NCBI GenBank assembly: GCA_013239625.1
Contig: MU053684.1
Span: forward strand, 1 to 51,093
Length of the DNA: 51,093 nucleotides
Source of the DNA: Lama guanicoe
Taxonomy: Eukaryota
Direction of reading: 5' to 3'
The position numbers were made by a program, and so were the translations under genes. The notes under the pieces were generated by a model. The model was not told the DNA's origin and did not search any database. It saw only the letters and a program-made list of their open reading frames with translations. Shown here one piece after another: positions 12,404 through 24,913 of the stretch (positions are counted from its first letter, which is position 1; the number at the start of each line of letters is the position of its first letter).

Positions 12404-13212
12404 GTAAGTACTTATACCCATGAGAAACAGAAAGATAGTAAATAAGCATTTATGGAATAAATCAGGGACCAAATCAGTCTTGTTACCATTTCCAGCACCT
12501 TGCATAGTGCATCACTTCCTGAACTGAACTACTAAGTTCCTGGGAGAAATCTACCAAAGATTTCTATGCAACAATGAGTGCCAAACTGGAATTTGGCAGA
12601 ATGAAATAGTAATGGATAGATCTGCATGATTATGAAGCTCTCTTCTGATGTCTCCTGTGGTCCAAGAACAGCCAAAGAGATACCAAACTATTGAAATAGC
12701 AGACTCCTCAGCAATGAAGCAGAAAGTCTAAACCTGGTAGGGAAGAAGACCTCAGCAAGGGAGCCATGGAGAAAAATCTAGCATAGCTAGGAATAGTGAC
12801 AGTGAACATAAGATAATTATGATTGAGAAAGAGAGCACCACATTAAAGATGTGAAGAGGTGAAGCAGATTTTCCACAGCAATATCCAGTGAGATGCCAAA
12901 GTTACTGAAAGATAGCCCAGGATTACTAAGAAAAGAAAAACACGAGCTAGATGCTGGAGTACCAAGAGGGAAAAGCATCTTTGAGGTCCCTTCTGATTAT
13001 TATCTAGCCTGGATAATATTAAGGAAATGGTGAATAGCATGGTCACTTAGCATCCTGCTACTCATGCACAGTCCCTAGTTCCTAACAAAGTAAATTAATT
13101 CCCACCATTACTCACTATCAGGAGATCATGTCTACATTAGCTCTCAGAGTCTTAAAGTCTCTCTAATTTTCAAGAAGCAAAATCATGGAGCCCTCTCTCC
13201 TTTTTTCTCCAG

Positions 13213-13245
13213 GTGCCAGTCTTCTGGACTATGAGGATGGTAGAG
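13213..13245 (+). CDS. TSBP1: TSBP1 micro-exon 33 nt (SASLLDYEDGR)
   Basis: ttctccag|...|gtaaat; matches recalled LLDYEDGR. Confidence 0.92.
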
Positions 13246-13993
13246 GTAAATAGATTAGGAACTACTATAGAATTAATGGAGGAAAAGTGCTCTTTAGAGA
13301 ACAAAATGGACTTATTTTCCTTTGAGCATGATTTCTCAGGTCAGCACATCTTTTGTTGTCATACTATCCAACTGCCAATCATCTCTCTATACATATATAA
13401 ACACAAGAAAGACTGAGCATTTTTTTTCTGAGAGAAGACAACTGTGTTCCCTTCCTAAGACCACTAAAAGAATTCTTTCCAGCTCCTGTTTATCCCAAGA
13501 TCTTGGAAAGATTAAGGAACCTCTATGAAACAATTTTCTGATGCATAAAATGGGAATAAAATACATAATTTATGGGCTGTCATGAAGATTGAATGCTATA
13601 TGTGAAAAGACACTTTGTAAGCTATGAAGTATAATAGGTGAGCACAACTTATATTATTATCTCCATTTTAGAAGATGAAATTGATGCTCAAAAGTTAAGA
13701 GACTTACCTAAATTCACCTAGCAAAGGGAGGAGTTGGCTAGTGAACCCAGGTTTGTGGCCCTGAATTCAGTACTCATATTCTTATGTCATACTATCCCCA
13801 CTTAGTTTAAGACAAAGGCTCATTTTATACTGAGCCTCAGTATTTATTATTATAGAGTTACACTCTCTCCCACAAATCAGAACATGTGGTCTGACATGAC
13901 TGAGGAATAATAATAAAGATCATTTAAAATAAAACATCTAGAAATCTGATGGTCCTAAGGTGATTGCAAAGCACTGTCTACTTTTTTATAGAG

Positions 13994-14019
13994 ACACACC
14001 ACACACACACACACACACA
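13994..14019. repeat. (CA)n microsatellite
   Basis: Directly visible. Confidence 0.9.
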
Positions 14020-14179
14020 CGCACACTGCAAGCACATAGATTCATATCTCTAAGAGGAAAGAAAAGAGGAGGTAGCTTGATCACTCTGCTTGCTGTCCAT
14101 GCCCCATACTTGAACTCTTTGCCCATTTCCTCTCTTCTTACCTTTGTGATTTATCTGTCATGACTGACAGGCAAAGCAC

Positions 14180-14643
14180 TGTCAACTGAAAGAAATGCAC
14201 AACATGAGAGCTGTGAGTTAAGTTTTATCTGGGGCAAAATGAGGACTATAGCCCAGGACATAGCATTTCAGATAGCTATAAAGAACTGCTCCAAAGAGGT
14301 AGGGGGAACGTCAGTCAGTATTATATACGAAGGGCAGATGTGCAATCAAGAACACATTTTAGCAGAAGCTTGCTGCTAGTCACGAAGAGCAGATGCCACT
14401 GTTAATGATTTTAGTGCTTTTCTAGATATGAGGAGATGCAAGAATTTGGGCTCATAAAATCTCCTGAAAATATTTAACTATCTGAAGGCCTGTTCTGCCA
14501 GTTTTTCCCAGAGTACAGAGTGCCTCATTCCTGATCTCCATCCTCAAATTCTCTCAGGGTGTGTTAAAAGGTCAGTGGCTGCAGCAGCTTGTGATTTAAT
14601 CATTGTGTAGCAACAGGTGGCAAGTGTAAATTTTTAGTTAGCA
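14180..14643 (-). mobile_element. ERV1-class solo LTR (possibly MER41-like, Laurasiatherian)
   Basis: About 460 bp with TG...CA termini (tgtcaactgaaa...tttttagttagca); family assignment from memory. Confidence 0.65.
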
Positions 14644-14807
14644 GGGCCATGGCATCCCTCTTTCTTTCCTGAAATGAAATCCAAAGAAAATGGGAACACT
14701 ACTGTGAAAGTAGAAAAATATCTTAGTAGTTGGATTTAGACTAATAATAAAACATTTCTTGATGAACTGTTAGTTAACTTAAGATGTCTTGACTTTTTCC
14801 CCAAAAG

Positions 14808-14840
14808 ATTTTTCCTCTCAAAGATCTAAAAGAGGAAGAG
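14808..14840 (+). CDS. TSBP1: TSBP1 candidate micro-exon 33 nt (DFSSQRSKRGR)
   Basis: ttttccccaaaag|...AGAG|gtaaatagatt; in frame; donor flank same as the 13213 exon. Confidence 0.65.
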
Positions 14841-14922
14841 GTAAATAGATTTTCACCTAATAAAAAAATAATATAGACATAGTTGTCATGGTAGAGTCTC
14901 ATGCTTTTATCTTATCTTTTAG

Positions 14923-14952
14923 GATTCCAGCATTCATATTCAACAGAAAGTG
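14923..14952 (+). CDS. TSBP1: TSBP1 micro-exon 30 nt (GFQHSYSTES)
   Basis: cttttag|...|gtaaat; like recalled GSRHAYSTQS. Confidence 0.88.
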
Positions 14953-15045
14953 GTAAATAAATTAGATCCTGAATTGCTAAGAAATTAATGCAGAAATTGT
15001 TTATGAGAAATTAAGACTCTCATACTTTTTTCCTTAATCCTCTAG

Positions 15046-15066
15046 GTACTTCATATGATGATCGAG
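15046..15066 (+). CDS. TSBP1: TSBP1 micro-exon 21 nt (GTSYDDR)
   Basis: cctctag|...|gtaagt. Confidence 0.88.
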
Positions 15067-15489
15067 GTAAGTGTATTTAGAGATTATGGTAAAGTTAAAG
15101 GAAAATCCATGTTTGTTTCCTGTTATAACATAAGGGGCTATAAAACCTACCAGGTAAAAAGTCAAGTAACCAAAGTAGCACATAGAAGATTCTGAGATAT
15201 GTTCAGAAATGTTCACCTTCACACTGTGAGGGACATTTTTCCCAGTGCTATTCAATTCCTTTCTTATTCACCTCCTAATCATTTAACAAAAGTAATCTGA
15301 GTACTCAAGAGAAATTTTGTATCCCAGAGCTCAGAAATGCTAACCACTCAGTGAGCCTTTCTTAATATAAATGGAAGAAAAAGTCCCTGACAACTCATCA
15401 CATTAGGGTAGGACCTGTGTGTACTGAAATTCCAAGGTCACAAAAAAATGCTGCTATTGTCTACTGCTTTCTGGAGGGTTTTTTCTTTT

Positions 15490-15735
15490 TTTTTTCTTTT
15501 TTTAATTAATAGACTTTATTTTTTAGAGCAGTTTCAGGTTCACAGCAAAATTGAGCAGAAAATACAGAGAGTACACACATAACCTTCCCCACTCACACAT
15601 ATATACTCCCCTACCCTCATCATCCCTTCTCAGTGTGGCATATTTGGTAAAATCTATGAACCAACACGGACACATTATTATCAACCAAAGTCCATAGTTT
15701 ACATTAGGGTTCACTCTTGATGTTGTACAGGTATT
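15490..15735 (-). mobile_element. Old L1M 3'-end fragment
   Basis: T-rich tail, then agcagtttcaggttcacagcaaaattgagcagaaa...agtccatagtttacattagggttcactcttg. Confidence 0.75.
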
Positions 15736-16279
15736 GTCTACAGTTGTCATTTATATCTCATGTTTCTTAGGAAACAAACCTCCTCAGCAACAGTTAATCA
15801 GCGAAACACATTTACCCAGTGCAAGAAGCTACACAGTTTGAAGAATTTAAGGGTACACAGATAAGCAAAACAAAACCATACACAATAGGAAAGGAAGAGA
15901 ATTAACATGTACTCAGCACCTACTACATGCTAGTCACTCTGGTGAGCATTTTTCATTTTGATTTATTTAATATCTACAAACGACCTTGTCAACCACACAA
16001 GGACAAACCACCCATATAGTACCCCCAACCCCCTGGCTGTCCAAGTCCTCTACTACCCTTTAGGTTGCTTTGCTGCGAATTAGAGAGTGCTCCTTCCTCC
16101 AGGAAGAGGCAGCCCTACAGCAGGGACAGTGTTAGGGATTTTAGTCCCCATATCTCTTTGTGCAGTGAACAACCTATATAACTATAATGCAGTGGTCATG
16201 AAGATATACAAGAGGCATCTCACTCTTAACATATCCTGATTCCTGATTCCTTCTACAGACAGGTACTGGCACTTGTAGT

Positions 16280-16540
16280 CACCTAGTGCTCAGGCCAAAT
16301 ATCTTGAAGTCATCTTTAACTCCTTTTTCTCACTATCCTCAACTAATCCACCAGAAAATCACATATGTGATACTTCCAAATTATATTCCAAATCAGACCA
16401 CTTTTCACCATGATGACAGTCTTAACCCAAGCAACCAACATCTCTTGCCTGAACTACTTCAGCTGTCTTCTAACTGGTTTCCTTGCTTCTATCTTTGCCC
16501 ACTTACAGTCTGTCCCCCTCACCAATCAGGGTGATCTTTA
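16280..16540 (+). mobile_element. LINE-2 fragment
   Basis: ctcttgcctgaactact...ctaactggtttccttgcttc...cagggtgatcttt resembles L2. Confidence 0.6.
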
Positions 16541-17814
16541 ATAAGTAGTTCTAAGGTAAAGAGGTTTGAGTGGCAACTCAGGCCACCCAAATGATTTTAC
16601 TCTCAACTCTACAGCCTACTCAAAAGGTTCCATAAAACACACCCTTAAATGAAATTGTTAATCCAACACATAGACACCCTCTTTGTGAAAAAAAAGAAAG
16701 AGAGAGATACCAAGGAAGTATGTGTTTTCTGTTGGGTCCCACACCATTAAAAAGAAAACGTAGTTCTAAAATAAATCAATTAATTTACTATACATAGTTA
16801 TTCCTAATTTATAGAAGAGAAACATTTGTATAAAAAATGTTAAATGACTTGCCCAAGGCCACAGGGCTTGCAAGCAACTGAACTTGGATATGAACTTAGA
16901 GTTGACTGACTGCAAATTTCATATTTAGTTCTATCTTAATTATTAATTTTCTGGTTATGGATCATTAGTGTATAGTCTGCAATCTTAGCTTCCAGGCTAC
17001 CTGTGCATTCTTAGGGGAAACTTGCATCAGTAAACATTTTACTGTTGTCTGAATAAGCCATAATTTAAAATTCATAAAGGCAAATGACAATTTCTCTGAC
17101 TTTCAAAACTTGTCTAAAGGTAGCCCTATAAATCTCAATCATCCTAAGTTTCTAACTTCCCAAGTTCTACTAGTCTTCCCTCTGTCATTTCTGGACATAG
17201 AAATTTAAATTTGCTGGTCAATTTGAGACTATGGAAATCTTCTGACAGGAAAATATTAAGTAAGGTTGTTATATTAGTCTAGGTACATGAAATTTAGTAC
17301 TTAAATCTTAGTTGGATTTAAATACATTCATACTATATATTAAAGTTGCAGTGATAATTCAAAAATTTTGAATTAACTGAATTTATCTTTAATGTTATTG
17401 TTTATAGCAAATGTAAGTGTAGCACATGAACGTGTTCAGCATCTCTTAATATTTTCTATCTTTAAAATAGCCACAGAACCATGAGAAGCAAGTAACATTA
17501 GTGTAAAACAGGGAAGATTTTGTGTGTTTGGGGCTTAATTCCCATCATAATGACAATCAAGTACAGAAGGAAAGCATTCATTTTCAGAAAAGGAACTGAG
17601 AAAAAATATACATGTTATCTTTACAGTTATGGGTAGATCTTTCACTACCTAACTTTAGTAAAATATCAAATGATAGTACTGTGCAACATAATTTAAGTCA
17701 TTTCCAGAGCGTCAGTATTATTTATTTTTACACTTTCATGAAAATAATAGTGATAACATGACAACTTTTTGTGTAACTTGCTTTGTCTCCAGAGCTTTTA
17801 GAAAGTCTATTTCC

Positions 17815-18006
17815 TAGATAAACAAGATTACACTGTATAGCACAGGGAAATATACACAAAATGTTATGATAAATCACAGAGAAAAAAATGTGACAATGAG
17901 TGTGTATATGTCCATGAATGACTGAAAAATTGTGCTGAACACTGGAATTTGACACAACACTGTAAAATGATTATGAATCAATAAAAAATGTAAAAAAAAA
18001 AAAAAC
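17815..18006 (+). mobile_element. Heavily 5'-truncated L1 with poly(A) and 14-bp TSD
   Basis: TSD gaaagtctatttcc at 17801-17814 and 18007-18020. Confidence 0.92.
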
Positions 18007-18279
18007 GAAAGTCTATTTCCATGACATCATTAAGAAACAAGTTTCAGGTCATAGGATATACATCCAATCACAATAAGTATATGCATATGTATTCATTATA
18101 ATTTGCCATATCTTCATTGAACTTGAATTTTCAATCAGCTGAGTAAATAATTTTTCATTTCTTATTTGGCCTCATCTTATCTTATAACTAATATATTGCT
18201 TTGTTTTAGTGTTTCCATGTATAGTTTATTATTTCTTCTCACTGCACATTTACCTGAGTTAACCTTTGACTGCTTTTTT

Positions 18280-19157
18280 TTTAACATTTTTCCATTGAGT
18301 TATAGTCATTTTACAATGTGTCAATTCCAGTGTAGAGCACAATTTTTTCAGTTATACATGAACATACATATATTCGTTGTCACATTTTTTTTTCACTGTG
18401 AGCTACCACAAGATCTTGTATATATTTCCCTGTGCTATACAGTATAATCTTGTTTATCTATTCTACATATGCCTGTCAGTATCTACAAATTTCGAACTCC
18501 CAGTCTGCCCCTTCCTACCTTCCCCCGCCCTTGGCAACCATAAGTTTGTATTCTATGTCTGAGTCTGTTTCTGTTTTATATTTATGTTTTGTTTTGTTTT
18601 TAAGATTTCACATATGAGCAATCTCATACGGTATTTTTCTTTCTCTTTCTGGCTTACTTCACTTACAATGACATTCTCCAGGGACATCCATGTTGCTGCA
18701 AATGGCATTATGTTGTCAGTTTTTATGGCTGAATAGTATTCCATTGTATAAATATACCACCGCTTCTTTATCCAGTCTTCTGTTGATGGACATTTAGGCT
18801 GTTTCCATGTCTTGGCTATGGTAAATAGTGCTGCCACGAACATTGGGGTGCAGGTGTCACTCTGAAGTAGGGTTCCTTCTGGATATATGCCCAGGAGCAG
18901 GATTCCTGGGTCATAGGGTAAATCTATTCCTAGTCTTTTGAGGAAATCTCCATACTGTTTTCCACAGTGGCTGCACCAAACTGCATTCCCACCAGCAGTG
19001 TAGGAGGGTTCCCCTTTCTCCACAGCCTCTTCAGCATTTGTCATTTGTGGACTTCTGAATGATGGCGATTCTGACTGGTGTGAGGTGATACCTCATTGTA
19101 GTTTTGATTTGCATTTCTCTGATAATTAGTGATATTAAGCATTTTTTCATGTGCCTG
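18280..19157 (-). mobile_element. 5'-truncated L1 with 14-bp TSD
   Basis: ORF 18553-19044 is the L1 ORF2 C-terminus (CTPMFVAALFTIAKTWKQPKCPS); TSD ttgactgctttttt at 18266-18279 and 19158-19171. Confidence 0.93.
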
Positions 19158-19330
19158 TTGACTGCTTTTTTATGTCATTTGACTCATAAACTAAGGGCAT
19201 AAGGAGATTTTTGCCTCCAGTTTCTTGCCTACTTGGATGTTTGAGGGTGTTGATTGGATAATCCTCTATAATAATGTCAAAACTACAGACAGAAAATCCA
19301 AACTAACTTTTCTTCATTTTGTATTTTTAG

Positions 19331-19351
19331 AGGGATACAAAGGAAATTACA
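19331..19351 (+). CDS. TSBP1: TSBP1 micro-exon 21 nt (EGYKGNY)
   Basis: gtatttttag|...|gtaagt. Confidence 0.85.
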
Positions 19352-19875
19352 GTAAGTATCCTCTTGTTTCTCAAAAAAGTTTGTTTCCCATTAGTAACAT
19401 TTCCCTAGATTGTAAATGCTTTGAGGAAAGAAAAATTCTATCAGTTTATATAAATACTAAGCAGTAAGTAAAGTCTCCTAGTGGTGATTTAGGATGGTCT
19501 ATCAGTAATTGACTGAGATGGAAGAAAAAAATAGAGAAAATGGTGAGTGTGAGAAAAGGGAAGTGATAGAGATAAAAGGCTAGAAGAAAAAAAGAGACAG
19601 AAAGGAGGGAGAGAGGGATAAGGACAGAAAAAAATGTAAGCGACAAAGTTTCATAGGAATAGCAACCATCTACTAAAAGATGAAACTCTGTAGAGATTGA
19701 AAGGGTGAGAGATCTGGTAGGCGTGGTCTCCAGTACCCACCACCAGGTCAGTGGATCTCCCTGGGCCTGGGCTTCATCTCCTGAGAGAAAGTCACAATGA
19801 TTGAAGCTAATATGCAAAGGTTAAGAATTCAAATTCTGATGATTTGCCTCATGTGTCTGTGTGTGTGTGTTTTAG

Positions 19876-19896
19876 CACCATCAGCCAACTCCCTCG
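19876..19896 (+). CDS. TSBP1: TSBP1 micro-exon 21 nt (TPSANSL)
   Basis: (tg)n ttttag|...|gtaagt; like recalled TPSTNSL. Confidence 0.9.
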
Positions 19897-20019
19897 GTAA
19901 GTTCTTTGTGGTTTCCTTTCTATTATCATCTGGTTTGCAAGCCCTGTAGTTCTTGTATTTGTTTTTTCTTTCTCCTAAAGAAGTTTTTAAAATAAAATTC
20001 AAAAATAGTTAACACTAGT

Positions 20020-21630
20020 AAATCTACACCCCAGATTTGATAACTGATATTTTGTCATAATTCTCAACTGACAGATAATTAGAAATTTTTTGTCTCCATT
20101 CCTAGATCCATTCTACTCTTCTTTCTTCCCAAAGAGTTATAAATGTATTATAAATCCTTTAAGTTTATTTTCATGTATTTATATAATCTCTATGTAACAC
20201 TGAAAAATAAAAGTATTGTTTTGTATGTATTTTTTTTAATTTTACTAAATAGCATAATTTTGAAAGTATCATTGCAACTTGCTTTTTTCCCCAAATCATG
20301 GTAATATTGAGATATACAGAAACTCTGGTTATGCATTTTAATTGCTGAATGTCAAGTTTACAAATACAGATTATTTATGCTTTTTCCTACTAATGTGTTC
20401 TTAATGTTTCCAATTTCTGCTATCACAAGTAATGCTGAAAAATGTTCTTAAGGAAGTGGAAAATAGTTTATCCAAGGTACTGACCCTGAAGCGGAATTAA
20501 TGAATTACACAGTGTATGAACATTTATGTAAGTTAGGCACATTTTATTTCTTTTTTTCTTTTTTGGAGTGGGGAAGGTAATTAGGTTTATTTATTTAGGC
20601 TTATTTTAGAGGAGGGACTGAGGATTGAACCCACAACCTCATGCATGCTAAGCATGCACTCTACCACTTGAGCTATACCTTCCCCTCTAGGCACATTTTA
20701 ATTTTCTAAAAAATGTTTCGAGTTGCATGGTAGTTACATAGGAGGCCCACCAACATGTGTAAAAGTTTCCCATTTCCCTGCATCAATAACAACCTTAGAT
20801 TTTGTCTTACTTTCACATTATTGCCACTTGAATAAGTGTAAAATTTTTTAATTTGCATTTTCCTACTCACTTCTGAAATTGAGTATCTTCTCATATGTCT
20901 GTTGACTAGTTAGGCTTCACCTTACACAAATTATTTACTTTACTTATATATCTATTAGGTTATTGATATGTAGGAACTTTTTATGATTATGAAGGCTAAT
21001 TATTTGTTTTGTGTTCAATATTGCAAATATCTCCTCCAATTCTGTCTCTTAGTTTTAAATTTTTATCATGTTTCTGGACACTTAGAAGGTCCCCATTCTC
21101 CCTCCCTGTCCTTACATATAATTTATTGAAATATTTGTAAATCTTTGTTTTCTTTTAGAGTTTGTGGGGGGGGTTGTTTTTTGATTTTTGATTTTTTTTG
21201 GCCTTTCTTATCACAAAGATGTTATCCTACACTTTCTCATAATACAGTTTCTCTTTCCATATATAGAACTTTAATCCAAACTGATTTGTTTATACTTTGG
21301 GGGTTGTTTTTCGTTTGTTCAAACATTATAGAGTCTAACTCTGAAAAACCAATTGCTCCAACTGAACTTATTGAATCATGCATTCTTTCCCTACTGATTT
21401 GTAATACTTCCTTCATGATATGCTTAGTTTTTCCTTGGATTTTCTCCTCTGTTTCAATGATCTTTTGTCTTGCTGACAGATACTAAACTGCTTCCATTAC
21501 TAAAGCTTTATGATAACATTTACCATGAGGAATGGCACATTCTCATCTGTTCTTTTTTTTTCAAAAATGCTTTGACTATTCTTGTACTTTTACTCTTACA
21601 CTAGAATGTTTAGAATCAATTTCTCTAGTT
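20020..21630 (-). mobile_element. Ancient degenerate L1M fragment (interrupted by a SINE)
   Basis: Diverged antisense L1 motifs such as tttaatttgcattttcct...gagtatcttctcatatgt and ttagaatcaatttctctagttcc. Confidence 0.55.
20547..20687 (-). mobile_element. tRNA-Ala-derived SINE (camelid Vic-1-like) with 13-bp TSD
   Basis: Minus strand reads ggggaaggtatagctcaagtggtagagtgcatgcttagcatgcatgaggttgtgggttcaatcc (A and B boxes) plus A-rich tail; TSD taggcacatttta at 20534-20546 and 20688-20700. Confidence 0.88.
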
Positions 21631-21659
21631 CCATATGACTCACAAGACTCCTTTCAACT

Positions 21660-21850
21660 TCCCACTTCCTCTTTTCAGGACTCTTAAGATTACATTGGGC
21701 CCACACAGATCATCTAAAACAATCTCCCTATTTCAGGGTCAACTGATTAGCAACATTAACTTCATTTGCATCCTTAATTCCCCTGAACCATGTAACCTAA
21801 CATATTCACAGGTTCCAGGGATTAGGAAGTGACCACAGAGGGGCGGAGAG
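21660..21850 (-). mobile_element. MLT1-type LTR fragment
   Basis: gattacattgggcccac...actgattagcaac...catgtaacctaacatattcacaggttccagggattagg. Confidence 0.7.
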
Positions 21851-23429
21851 AGGACAGACTCTATATTGTCTCCTTATTTCTCTCTACTGGGTCCTGGATG
21901 ACTTCCCTCAGATTTATCATTCACTAATTCTTCAGCCGAGTCTGTTTTCTTTGTTTACCCATCTAAACAACATTATAATTTAATGACTGTATTTTCTACA
22001 TTTGCTATTTCCATTTTGTTCTTAGTCAAATACAGCTGCTTCTGATTAATGTTATTGCTGCTTTATGGATTCTGTTCTTTCATTAGTATCTTTGAATATT
22101 TGAAACATACTTGTTTGAAAATTCCTTTTGAATTGCTCTTCTTACATGTGTTGTCCCATTTGTTGTGGCCACTGTCTATCACATCAGTAGGTTTCCTCAA
22201 ATGTATTTTGACTTTAGTCTGTGAGCTCATTCGTTATCATTTGTTAGAGTTTCTCATAAACTCTGTTGTGCAATAATCCCATTACTACATAGATTTTATA
22301 GGCCAATTTTCATAATAGTTTCTGCATGCATAGCTTCTTCCCTACATGAGGTGTTCAAATGTGGGTTCTATACCTGAACTCAGCTTACCTTGAGGGTTCT
22401 ACCATTGCTGAAAACTTAGTTTTCAACCATGGCCTGATGCAAGCAAGTCATTTCCTGGCATACTCTGCCTGAACAACAGGTAGGGATTAATGGTGCCCTT
22501 TTCACAGATAATTCTTTTGTGAGCCTTAGATATACAGGAAGATTCATGCCAGGTTGTTACAATGCATGAGGCCTGTGACCTTGATGTTTGCTCCTGATCT
22601 GGTGTTGACAATCCAGCCTCCAGATATGTAGGATATGTGGGTGATGAAACCTATCATTCACTATCAAAAGTATGGGCTCCCTCTTGATACATGGCTCTGG
22701 GACACTTTTCTTTCTAGTTTTCAAGCTCAGCTCTACATTTTAAATGTTTAAAGAATATTATGCCCAACTTTTCCCAGTGATTACAGAAGAGGGTAAAATA
22801 TCCATCTTGACAGTGAGCCCCGTTCCCTGCCTTGACTCTTTATTTTCTAATACTCAGGTACATCCTAATTTTTCTTGTTATTCAGCATCCCCAGATGACA
22901 CATATGATTTTGGAAATTTAGAAACTCTTTTTTGAAGCAGTTATGTAGTAATAATTTGGTGCAACAAAGGCTCTTTCAGACAAGAAGGAAAAAAAGAAAG
23001 AAAATTGAGGAGAGGGGAGAGGAGGAAGAGGAGAAACAAAGAAAAAGGGAAAGAATAAAAGCAGTAGGATCAGAAATGAAAGAAGATTTGGAGGCAGGAA
23101 AATTTCCATGGACTGAGAAACTGGCAATCACCAAAATAGTGTTATTCTTTTACTAAAAGAGATTAAAGGATGGGCTGCAAAGATCTTGCCATCCTGCCCT
23201 ACGGTAAGAGTATTACTGACGGAATAAACAAAGTCTGAAGTTCATACCCAAAAAGCAATCCATAGGTGGATATCCATCTTCCCACCACATTACATTGTAA
23301 CTGACAACAGAAAATGGAATGTGACCCATTGCTGCCCTCTCTCCCATAATCTCTTCCTAACATCATAGCTATGGGATCTCAGTTCTCCCTGAGACACACA
23401 GATCCCATTCTTGTTTTGTTTTCTTTTAG

Positions 23430-23450
23430 CACCATCTCGATCAAGTATTG
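23430..23450 (+). CDS. TSBP1: TSBP1 micro-exon 21 nt (APSRSSI)
   Basis: ttcttttag|...|gtaagt. Confidence 0.9.
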
Positions 23451-24799
23451 GTAAGTTCCTTCACTTTTCTTTAATTCTGCTGACATTTAGCTGCATTTAA
23501 TCAAGGGTACAGTTCCCTAAACTGCCTAGACACTTGAGCTTCACACTTCTCCAATTTCTTTTTGCTACATAACTCAGATACCTCAATAATCAACCAGAAG
23601 TATAGAAAGTAAATGAAAGTTTCTAGTGGCTTACAAAAATGACATGTCACCAGGAAACAGAAAACATTTCCAAACTTGTATTGCTGGGATAACAAGAGTA
23701 AATAAAGAAGGAAGAGAGCAAAAAGTTAGTAAAAAAGATGAGAATGTAATGGAGATAATACAGTGTGTGAGACAAATGGTGTTAGCTGTCTCCTGAGAAT
23801 TTCAAAGCTTTGTATGGCTGAGGGGAAAGGGAAGCCTTCCTAAAGATGTCCCCAGGTCTCGCTGGCAGCAATGGAGGAGGTGTCTAATCTCCTACTTCCT
23901 TGAGCTGCAACTGACATTCAGGGTTTGGTGCTCCCGGGGATTCCCTGTTCTGATACTCCCAAAACAAGCAACAACAACAATATGTTTAGTTTTTGACCCA
24001 GACAACCATATGATCTTTTCATGTTTCTCTTTAGGAGAACAAGGGGTAAGTTCCTTTTCTGTTTCCCAATTCTAATTCTCCTTGGTATATCACAGAACTG
24101 AGGATCATTCCCTAACTCTGCCTAGGTTTTGTCCCTTGTCTTCTCTTCCTTCCCCAAATCGAGCATTTTATCTGAAACTAACTAACTTTGGAAAATGAAA
24201 AGTTCACTGATTAAAAAAAATAATAAAGATAGGATTTAAATGGTTTTAGCTGGCTACGATGGTTTCAGTAAAATAATTATATCTTCTGTAACTTAGGAGG
24301 GAAGGAGAAAGAACGTTGTGAAGAGGGCAGGGAATGGGAGTAAAGGACAAGGGGAGAGATGAAATTAAAGAAAATCTTGCTTTTTGAATCCATATTTACA
24401 GGTATTATAGTTGAGAAAATTGAAGCTGAGGGACAATATTTAACTAGCCCAAGGGCACATAATTATAGTAAAAGGTAACACTGAGGCTTTAAACACTAGA
24501 GTTCTTTCAACTCCAAATGCCTGTGCTTGTCCAATTACCTAGGACACCATTAAATATATTTAATTTTTCAATTCAAAGAATCTTTCTGAAGTAAAAGTTT
24601 TCAAAGAATTTAGGAAATTATGCATATGTTAAAAATATCACTTCAATTTTTAAAATGTAATTTGAAATTCAAAAGGTGTGAACTAATCTAAATCTCAAAA
24701 TTATTTTGCTAATTCAATACTGTGACATAACCCTATCCCATGAATAAGATTGTTTTATAGATAACTATATAGATAAAGGTATAGCTCTAGGCATATCTT

Positions 24800-24848
<49 letters not shown>

Positions 24849-24864
24849 GCAGATAGATAGATAA

Positions 24865-24912
<48 letters not shown>
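24800..24912. repeat. (GATA)n tetranucleotide microsatellite, interrupted
   Basis: Directly visible. Confidence 0.95.

Positions 24913-24913
<1 letters not shown>

Noticed and set aside
20610..20685. tRNA-Ala-like gene on the minus strand
   Set aside because: It has an A-rich tail, a TSD and a degenerate acceptor stem, so it is a SINE
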